Shown piece by piece: positions 53,902-64,000 of a stretch of DNA of 64,000 nucleotides; position 1 is the first letter of the stretch, and each line of letters starts with the position of its first letter. Source of the stretch: Octopus vulgaris. Its lineage: Eukaryota. The translations under genes were made by a program, and so were the position numbers. Under the pieces are notes generated by a model, which saw only the letters and a program-made list of their open reading frames with translations, searched no databases and was not told the DNA's origin. The DNA is taken from NCBI GenBank assembly GCA_951406725.2, contig OX597817.1, positions 145,142,001-145,206,000 on the forward strand. The letters run 5' to 3'.

Positions 53902-56074
53902 CTATGTATGTATTTGTGTGTGTGTTATATCTCATAAAAAGACAAAAATGATGGGCAAGCAGTTATGGTATCAAATCACTTACAAAGATATTACATAAAC
54001 GTAACTATGATTTAGAATAAAAGAGACAGACTTTGATATTTAAGTGTGTGTGTGTGTAAGCGTTTGTTTGTACCTATTTCGTCTCCATTATAAGAGAGCA
54101 ACAGGAACAACATCAGACAAGCTAAAGTTTACATTATCAGATCCTCTTCTACCTACACCTTACTATTTACTGCCTCCTCAACTGACTGGATCCCTTGAAT
54201 GGTTCTTACTGCCACACCTCTCATTTCCACTTTCTTTTTTGCCTCTACACCTGGTAAGTTTTGCTTTATGCTTCTGTTTACTTGCTTTCTCCTCTCTCTC
54301 TGTGTGTGTGTGTGTGTACTCTATGTGTCCTGGTCTTAGAATGGATAAATACTTTGGATTTGCTGGAGACTAAACGAGTTGATGATGAGAGGGTCACTCT
54401 GCCAAAAAAGCCATGCCTCAGAAAAACTACTCAACTCATGCCAATGACCTCATGCTTTTGTCAGTGGTCAGCTTTGTCAGATAAGTCAATGACTACTGAA
54501 ACTTCGAAGTCACTATCAGACTTTTCCATATAAATATATGTGTACATACATGTAAGTGCAAATATATCTGACTGTGTTGTGTGTATCTGTGTGTATAATG
54601 TATGTGTGTGTTTATAATGTAAGTTTGTGTGTAGTTTTTAATTTAGGCACAAGGTCAATAATTTTGACTGCAGTGTCACCACATTCCATTGATCCTAAAG
54701 CTATTTTGAAGCAATTTTAAGAATAATGGTGAAAATATGTATTTTAGTATCATTTGATATGTATATTTATATACTTGTGTGTATATATATTTATATGTGT
54801 GTCTGTCTGTGTACATATATGTATATATGTGTGTGTAAATGTGTATGGACTTTGGCCAGGATGTGAGCAACTTAGCTCCTAAAATATGTGCAAAAATTGA
54901 CTCAACAGACTACAGAACTCAAATGAAACATGAAGCAGAGCAAACTGATTCTGTTTGTGTGTTTGAAGTTTTCAGAAACAAAATGACATCCTATTCAAGA
55001 TCACTTTATACTTTAAACTGATTCTCTCTGTAATTGAACCAAATCTGTGAAATGCCAAAGTAAAATATTTTAATCTGACTCGTACCCTGCGTCACTGATC
55101 TGATTTCATGTGAGTTGACATTATCTTTCACCCTGGTAAAGTCAATAATATAAATACCAGTAATACACTGGGCCAATCTAATCAGCTATTTTTTTATCCC
55201 TACAAGACAATTTGACTGTATTTTTGATCAATATTCTTAGACGTGTCCTGAATTTAGCTTCTACCTACTGTCCTTCCTGTATTATTATTAATAATGCTCT
55301 TAACATTCTTTCGTCCTTAATAAGAATCTCCTCTACAAGTACAAAGTCAGAAATTTGTAGGGAAACAGAGTTAGTCAGACTCAGTTCTTAGATTGATCAT
55401 TCATTCTATCAAACTCTAACAGCTATAAGACAAACCTAAATTTGGCTGGACTTGAACTCAGAGCTGTAAGATAGTTTGGCCAATGGCGTAACGATTTTGT
55501 CAGTCCACTCAATAAAGTAAAAACATAAAATAATTGGTGCCGGTCAAGCAGTGAGGTCAATTTAACCAAGTTATACAGGCTGTGTACCATCATTATCATT
55601 AATGTTTTATGTCCACTTTCTATGTTGACATGGGGTGGATGGTTTGTCAGCACATATTCAGTGGTACTGTCCACCTAGATAGGTCTGGGAACCTTATCCC
55701 ATTCACATTCCATTTTTGGCATGGTTTCTATGGCTAGATGCCCTTCCTAACACCAACCACTTTATAGAATGTACTGGGCACCGTTTCATGGTACCAGCAC
55801 AAGAGAGATGTTACATCCTCAACAAGAAGACAAGACTACAGAGTAAAGCTAGATGCATTATCATGGCACCAGCTCTAGAGAGGTAGCCATGTCCTTGACA
55901 CAACTAAATTGGTAAATCTAGCACATCTTTCATTTTACAGATGTGGATTCCATTACCTATAGGGAGCTTTTAACTTTTCCCATCCAAAGGTATTTTTTAA
56001 ACCAATTTTCTATAAGCTGTCATTTATAGCTTTTTCTACTTCAATTTCCACTATTAAAAAAAATTTACTTAAAG

Positions 56075-56205
56075 AAACTTGCTTCACAGCCACATGGTTC
56101 TAAGTTCAGTCCCACTGCATGGCACCTTGGGCAAGTGTCTTCTACTATAGCCATGGGCTGACCAAAGCTTTGTGTTTAGATTTGGTAGATGGAAACTGAA
56201 AGACG

Positions 56206-56289
<84 letters not shown>

Positions 56290-56570
56290 TCATCATCATC
56301 ATCAACATTTAATGTTCGTTTTTCGTGCTAACACAGGTTATATATATATATACACACATACACACACGTGTGTGTCTTTGTGTCTGTGATAGATCTCCCA
56401 CCTCTGCTTGGCAACCAGTGTCGGTGTGTTTACATCCATGTAACATTAGCAGGTCAACAAAAGAGACCAATAGCCTAAGTACCAGACTTAAAAGAAAAAG
56501 TACCGGGTTCGATTCGTTCAGCTAAAAAATTCTTCAAGGCGGTGCCCCAGGATGGCCACAGTCTGTTAAA
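56075..56570 (+). mobile_element. SINE family A with expanded internal microsatellite
   Basis: Head (gttcagtcccactgc...) and tail (ggtgccccaggatggccacagtc) are both present. Confidence 0.75.
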
Positions 56571-58779
56571 AGACAAAACAGAAAATACCTTTTAATAACC
56601 ATTATGTCTCTGATATTTCTTTGGACTAGATTCAGGGAAGATGTTATAAAAGGAAGTAAGTACTTCCATTCGTTAACATTATCAGTCTTTAAATTCATTA
56701 CAGCCTGCCTATATTATATTGGTTGATGCTACTATTTATATAGAATGTTTCCTTCAGAAGGAAATAGTCTTGTAGCAGGGTTTATTATCATTTATATAAG
56801 TCACCTGAAGATGAAGTGGCAGATGTGAAGAAGAGAGATCTCTTATTTTTTTCCTAAGGTAAAGAAAGTTTTCTAACTTTGTGCCTCCCCATACTATTTC
56901 AGACTTCACTGGCACCGTATTCCCTAGTATTCCCTATCTTCTCTCTGCTCAGCTCTGGGGAGAAGAGATGTTTTGTTTTAAGCGTTGCTTATGCGTCTTG
57001 TTTTTACAACTTCATGTGTTTGCGTATGTGTGTGTATGAGAAGAAACCAGAGAAAATTGTGTGTGTGTGTGTGTGTATGTGTGTGTGTTCATGCATGTGT
57101 TTGTGGCATGTGCCGGCTTATTTTGTTTGTTTGATTGTTTGTCTTTTATGTGTACCAATTGCTTTTACAAATTATGTTCTTTTTAGAAGTATGTGTGGGA
57201 ATACATGTGGCTGTTGTTTTCATAAGTTTTTGGTGTATGTATAGGTAACTGGTTTTATAAATTGTGTGTGTGTGTCTCTCTGACACTGTCTGTGTATGTG
57301 TGTGTCTGACTGTGTGTGTATGTGTGTCTGACTATGTATGTGTGTGTGTACATAGTAATGGCGTTTTACCATAAAGGCTTACATTTACCTCCAACAAATT
57401 TTTTACAGTATCAAATTATTTATTCTTCAGCTTGAAAATATTTTAGTCAATAGTTTTAAATATTCCCACCCTGCATCATCATTTTCTTCATCCATCCCAT
57501 TCCTCTTTCTTTCTCTCTTCTCCTTCCCAACATTTCCCCTTCCTACCTCCAAGTAATGATGTCCAGAGAGACATTTCCGTAGGTGTGTTCACAGACCTGC
57601 ATATGTGTGTGTGTATGTGTGCAATAGGTGTGTTTCTAAGATTGTATGTATATGTGGTAGGTCTGGGGTTCCTTTCACATATCCTGTTTGTAGCAACTGC
57701 ATTATCATTCACCAACTGGAGTAGGTTGCACGGTAAAAAAGCTAGGCACCCTTTTTACTACCTAAGAAGAGTTTGCTGCCATCATTTCCCACCAAGTGGA
57801 GGTTAACTTCACTTGAGAAAATGGCCAGGTGTTTTTTGTGGTGAGCCTTATTATCTTTTTCTTTCACCTTTTTTTCTTTTTTGACTATTTGTCTTCCATA
57901 AATGACTCCATGTTGTTTTCTACCAATCTCTACCAATTTCTACCAGACAGTCTAGACATTTGATGAGTCTGTTGATATTAGAAATTCTTAGAGTGGTTGG
58001 ACACTGGCATCACATGCACCCCACTCCCTGCCTTAAATCCTTAGGAAAATGTGAAATCAGTACTGCAGACTGTCATAACTTATATACAAGGTGGACTAAG
58101 CCAGTTTTGTCTGTAATACAGAACAGCATCAATAATAACATGAGATAAAGCAGTGAACATTTAGTCAATAGTCTGACATTTCATATACTTAACTAATATT
58201 GGGTCTAATCTATTTCCGTTCTTCAAGTTAAAAGAATGGTTTATATCACTCTTTGTGTAATTATATATATATATATATATATATATAATTATGTATATCA
58301 TCATCATCTTTAACATTGGTTTTACACACACATTCACTTTATGCTCATTTTCCCATGTCAGTATGAGTTAGAAGAGTACGTGCTACTGAAGCATTGTTTT
58401 ACAGCTAGATGCCTTTCTTGTCACTAACCATTACCTGTTTTACCTCTCAGAATACAGAAACTGAATTGTAAAGAGCCTCCTAACTGGTTCATTTAAATTT
58501 CATTCCTTTATATTAAGTTCAAATCCTGCTGGAGTAGATTTTGATGACAAATTTTAATTATTTATTTGGGTAAATACAAGTGATTATCCTAGTCTCTTCC
58601 CTCTACCCATTTATAAGAAATTGTTGTTGTTGATAATGATGGTGATGACCTCACCCCCAGGTTTGGCAGCAGTGATGGAAACATTACAGCATTTGTCTAA
58701 ATCTCTGGCATTGTACAGTTTTGCAATTCTGAATTCTGAGTTCAAATCACTCTGAGGACAACAAGTAAACAGTAATCAT

Positions 58780-59280
58780 AGGCACAGGCATTTGCTTCCC
58801 AACCACATGGTTCTGCGTTCACTCCCACCGGTAGACAGAAACTGAAAGAAGCCTATCGTGTCTGTGTTTGTCCGCCCACTATTGCTTGACAACTGATATT
58901 GGTGTGTTTACATCCCTGTAACTTAGCAGTTCGGCAAAAGCAACTGATAGAATGAGTACTAAGCTTACAAAGAACAAGTCCTGGGGTCAATTTGTTTGAC
59001 TAAAAGCAGTGCTCCAGCATGGCCACAGTCAAATAACTGAAACAAATAAAAGAATATATGTGTATATATATGTGTGTGTGTGTGTGTGTGTATATGTATC
59101 TGTTTATCCGTCACCACTGCATGACAACTGGTGTTGGTTTGTTTACCTCCCTGTTGCTTAGCAGTTCAGCAAAAGAGGCCGATAGAATAAGTTTTTGGGT
59201 TTGACTCATCTGACTGAAAATTCTTGAAGGCAGTGCCCCAGTATGGCCATAGTCTGAAACAAGTAAAAGTTAAAAGATAA
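58780..59280 (+). mobile_element. SINE family A (deleted) plus a second 3' half
   Basis: The body and tail module occurs twice. Confidence 0.7.
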
Positions 59281-60192
59281 ACACAATGAGGTGGCAAGTT
59301 GGCAGAGTCGTTAGCACATCAGACCAAATGCTTAGCAATGGTACTTCCAGCTCTTTAGTTCTGAGTTCAAATCCTGCTGAGATCAACTTTGTCTTTCATT
59401 CTTTAAGGGTCGCTAAAATAAAATACTTGTCATGTACACGGGTTGATGTAACTGACTTGTCCCCTCCCTTCAAAAATTGCTGCCCTTGAGCCCTATTGCT
59501 GTGAAGGACCAGCACACCATTCAGAAGAAAATTGCAATCTCAGTCACTTACATACCATGGAAACTTGGTATCCAGCTTTATGGGTCCTTGAGCTGCACCC
59601 AGTGGCATTGATTCCAATCAACTGTATTCCTCCTCTATTATATTCTGGTCTTGTACCAACCATTGTTAATATATTCTTATTACCATTTTTTATGCATGAA
59701 TTACAAGCAAGATCAGTTCTGGGCTGAATTTTAACTTCCAATCAAATTCAATCTATTTATTAGATCATAATGTCATTGGAGAATGGCAAACATGCCATTC
59801 AATCCCATCATTCTCTCCTCTATAATTCTGTAGACTTTTGTCTTTTGTAAGAAACCATCATTATTAATCCTTTTGAATAAGTATCCCATTCATGTCATTC
59901 GATTCGACATGTTCTGTTTTCTGCTAATTGAATTAAGAGTCTAGTATCAGTTATTGGAATTTTTCTTCCTTTGTTTAATACTTATTGTTTTGGTGAATTC
60001 TTCAGGATCTTTTGAATGTCTGTTCCAATATTTAATTTGGAAAACCAACCGATACAACTTGTTGTGATAGTGGATTAAATTTTGTTGTTTTTCCTGAATT
60101 CCCATATAGAATTCCATTATTTTTCAAAGCTAACTTATATAGATATGGTTTCTGAGATGTACAACATACGTTATGTTCGTGCTAAATTACAT

Positions 60193-60599
60193 AGGCGCAG
60201 GAGTGGCTGTGTGGTAAGTAGCTTGTCTACCAACCATATGGTTCCGGGTTCAGTCCCACTGCATGGCACCTTGGGCAAGTATCTTCTACTATAACCTTGG
60301 GCCGACCAAAGCCTTGTGAGTGGATTTGGTAGACGGAAACTGAAAAAAGCCCGTCGTATATATGTATATATATATATATATATGCTTGTGTGTCTGTGTT
60401 TGTCCCCTAGCATTGCTTGACAACCGATGCTGGTGTGTTTACGTTCCCGTTACTTAGCGGTTCGGCAAAAGAGACTGATAGAATAAGTACTGGGCTTACA
60501 AAAGAATAAGTCCCAGGGTCGAGTTGCTCGATTAAAGGTGGTGCTCCAGCATGGCCGCAGTCAAATGACTGAAACAAGTAAAAGAGTAAAGAGTAAGAG
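60193..60599 (+). mobile_element. SINE family A, CpG-rich young copy
   Basis: aggcgcaggagtggctgtgtgg...ggccgcagtcaaatgactgaaacaagtaaaagagtaaagag. Confidence 0.9.
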
Positions 60600-61811
60600 T
60601 ATATGTATGTATATGTGTGTGTGTATATCATCATCATCGTTTAACATCCGCCTTCCATGCTGGCATGGGTTGCACATGTGTGTGTGTGTGTGTGTGTAGT
60701 ATTTTCTAAGTAGTTAAATAAACATTTATGAGTTCCATAGGTCCTGTAGTGTGGTTAATGGTTAGTAAGAATTAAAAATGGTAAATTTGTCGGATGCAGT
60801 TAGGCATGAGTTTGGAAATGGTTGTGTTACAATGTGTGAGTATCCAGAGATTTATATATTTCATCGTTTATATGCCTACATAATCACACACACACACTCA
60901 CTCACACACACACATACACACACACACACACACACTCACAAACACACACATGCACACTCACACACACACATACATATGTACGTATATAGCTTTCACGTCA
61001 AGAATTATGCAAACCAATTCAAAAACAAGACATATATGCATGCATAACATGCATGTATAACATGCATGCATATTTGTGTGCATATGTGTGCGTATGTGTG
61101 CATGCATGTGCATGATGCATATTTAAAGCTATTCAATTGCTTTGAAAGTCTGGTTTCAGTTATGTAGTTGTTTCTTTCTCTCTCTCTCTTTCTTTTTCCC
61201 TCACTCTCTTTCTCTCTCCCTCTCTCTCTCCTTCCCTCTCTCCCTTCCCCCTCTCTCTCTCTCTTCATATCATCCATCTCACCTGTATCCAGTGTTAAAA
61301 GCTTTGTATTAAAATAAAATATTTAAAAAATTCATGAAAAGGAAATAAACAAAACCAGAATAAATAAATAAATAAAAAGCACAAACAAACAAAACCTAGC
61401 CAAAACATTCTGCTAGACACATGTATTATGTGTATAGCTTTAATTTGGGGGGAAACATCTCCGAACATCTCCGCAGTAGATAGCAAATAAAGTGAAATGG
61501 CTTTTATTGATATCTTAGAATACTTTCCTGGGAATAGGATTTATTTACTCAAAGATTTACCATTAGAAAAACAAAAAGACAAAATAAAACCAGAAAAATA
61601 AACATAATAGCAAAATAATGTTTTTTGGTTCAGTTTTGCATGAATTTTTAACAATATTATTATTCCGTGTAAGTAGTTTGGTGCATTTTATCTTTTATCC
61701 TATACTTGTTGTACTTGATCTTTTATCCTATACGTAGTCAGTTATTGGACTATGGCCATTCTGGGGCACCACCTTGAAGAGTTTAGTAAAACAAATTGCT
61801 CCTCTTTACCC

Positions 61812-61981
61812 TCTTTTACTTGTTTCAGTCATTTGACTGTGGCCATGCTGGAGCACCACCTTTTAGTCGACTTATTCTTTGTAAGCCCAGTACTTATTCT
61901 ATCGGTCTCTTTTGCCAAACTGGTAAGTTACGGGGATATAAACACACCAGCATCGGTTGTCAAGCGATGGTGGGGAGACAA

Positions 61982-62056
<75 letters not shown>

Positions 62057-62218
62057 TACGATGGGCTTCTTTAAGTTTCTGTCTACTAAATCCACTCACA
62101 AGGCTTTGGTTGGCCTGAGGCTATAGTAGAAGACACTTGCCCAAGGTGCCACACAGTGGGACTGAACCCAGAACCATGTGGTTGGTAAGCAAGCTACTTA
62201 CCACACAGCCACACCTGT
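61812..62218 (-). mobile_element. SINE family A
   Basis: Full reverse-complement copy. Confidence 0.9.
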
Positions 62219-62718
62219 ACTTATTTTTATTTTATTTTATTTTATTTTTTTCAAGTTAGGTACAGATTCTATTGGTTTCTTCTGCCAAATCACTAAGTTA
62301 CAGAGAGGTAAACACCCCCAGCACCAGTTGTCAAATGTCTGGAGGACCAACACAAAGACAACCTGCATATACATATGTTATAAAGTGGTTGGCATTGGAA
62401 GGCTGCCCAGCCATAGGAACCATGCCGAAGTAGAGATTGGAGAATAGTGCACTTCTTGGATCCATGCCAACATGGAACATGGACATTAGATGATTATGAT
62501 ATTGATATACCATCATCATTGTCATCATCATTCGGTGCCTGCTTTCCATGCTTTGACTGAGATTGGTAAACTGGAGAGCTGCATCAAGTTCCAGTCTGAT
62601 TTGGCACGGTTTCTACAGCTCGATGCTCTTCCTAACACCAATATATACAGGGTGATTCAAAAGTCTCCATACATAGGAAAACAATTTATTTTTTTATAAG
62701 AAACAGTTTATAAGAACC

Positions 62719-63290
62719 CCTAGATCCCCTGATCTGACCCCTCTTGATTTCTATCTTTAGGGGCATTTGAAAGGCATGGTGTATCACGGAAAGATAAAAG
62801 ATATAAATCATTTGATGGAACGCATCACCAACTCAATTGCACACGTATCACCAGATGTGGTGTTATGAGTTCACAATGAATGGGGTAAACGTAGTGCAAT
62901 GTGTACTCAAAACAATGGTAACCATATAGAGCCTCATGAAGTATATTTGCCACTTAAATGTAACTAACCCTTAAGGGTTGATGCTACTGTAGCTTGTAGC
63001 CCCAGGAAGACGTCTCCTCCAGCTGGCTATTGACACACTTTCTATGCCCTATCAGTATTTGCAAAGGCTGGAGATGGGAAGGATAACATCCTTTTGCAAA
63101 TATTGATAGGGCACAGAAAGTGTGTCAATAGCCAGCTGGAGGAGACGTCTTCCTGGGGCTGCAAGCTGCAGTAGCATCGACCCTTAAGGGTTAGCCACAT
63201 TTAAGTGACAAATATACTTCACAATGTCAAGCAGCTACTGTTTATACCTCACTCGTGGATTTATTATTGCATATAGAGCCTGTTAAATAA
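62719..63290 (+). pseudogene. Tc1/mariner (DDxD-type) transposase C-terminal remnant
   Basis: PRSPDLTPLDFYL*GHLKGMVY...MCTQNNGNHIEP (62719-62934), resuming VK* after the insert (63282-63290). Two in-frame stops. Confidence 0.85.
62935..63269. mobile_element. Hairpin insertion with 12-bp TSD
   Basis: Arms 62937-63067 and 63090-63221; flanked by CATATAGAGCCT at 62923-62934 and 63270-63281. Confidence 0.85.
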
Positions 63291-64000
63291 AAAAAAAACT
63301 GTTTCTTATAAAAAAGATAAATTGTTCCTACATATGGCAACTTTTGAATCACCCTGTATATTGATATAAATATATGCACACACATACACGCATACACAGT
63401 GTGAGGGTGCATAGCTTGGTTGTTAGGCTGTTGCACTCACTGTCATGAGATCGTGGTTTCAATTCCTAGACAGGGTGATGCATTGTATTCTTCATCTTAT
63501 GTTGCTTTCCAGTCACTTTAACACTTGACACATGGTGGTCCTGTTGATTTGATGGAAAGATTAATCCAATGTGCGGCATGAGCATTTGATCACCACAAGC
63601 AAATCATCTGTCCAGGTTGTTCATCAAAAGCTGAACAGTCATACATTGTCTTTGACAGGAAAGTCCATCATATACACACACACACAACCATATATATATA
63701 CCCTCTTTATAATGTTGGCAAACGAAATAGAGATAAGAATGTGCATTGTCCGTTTGATTGGAAAATTTCTATAAGTGGCTGAAGATTGCTCGACATTTTA
63801 AAACTGATGTAAAACTTACAGTGTTTAATAAAATGAAGTAGCATGAAACGATCGTACCACATCACCTCAGATATACTTGTTGCTTATTTTGATTATACAT
63901 ATATATATATATATATGATAAGCTTCCACACAGTCTACCAGATTAACTCATAAGGTATTGGTTGAACTTGGTCTATAGTAGAAGAAGACACTTGCCCAAA

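Larger units (their letters stand above)
62646..63358 (+). mobile_element. Tc1/mariner deletion derivative (TA TSD, about 60-bp TIRs)
   Basis: TA-CAGGGTGATTCAAAAGT...ACTTTTGAATCACCCTG-TA; contains a transposase C-terminus. Confidence 0.9.

Noticed and set aside
57742-57936. Minus-strand ORF ending ...GSKKGA*, faintly like an RLE-LINE 'EKGASSWL' motif
   Set aside because: The match is too short to support.

Overview
This is AT-rich, repeat-dominated, non-coding animal genomic DNA, either intronic or intergenic. From memory, the SINE families and the microsatellite load look like a coleoid cephalopod, most likely Octopus. That assignment is inference, not a database result. I can support no host protein-coding gene: nearly all long ORFs in the track are translations of (TA)n/(CA)n/(ATT)n/(CAT)n repeats or of SINEs. 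The only recognisable protein remnants come from transposons: CR1-type LINE ORF2 C-termini (17.9-18.3 kb, 34.7-35.0 kb, 37.7-37.9 kb), a Tc1/mariner transposase C-terminus (62.7-62.9 kb) and a possible Penelope-like RT relic (29.2-29.3 kb). The window also holds several tRNA-headed SINE families (labelled A, B, E here), a (GAT)n-tailed family F, two TTAA-flanked piggyBac-type MITE families, a Helentron/DINE-1-like element, a foldback element and a 2.8-kb TA array. Most interesting: (i) a tRNA-promoter SINE carrying a minimal hammerhead-ribozyme motif (15.8-16.1 kb), with two more hammerhead-like motifs (9.1 kb, 31.4-31.5 kb), suggesting a Penelope-dependent, ribozyme-bearing non-autonomous system; (ii) a 335-bp insert, almost entirely a 131-bp hairpin with a 12-bp target duplication, inside the mariner remnant; (iii) a LINE 3' tail matching the tail of SINE family A with compensatory stem changes. 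Family labels are my own, and boundaries of decayed copies are approximate.
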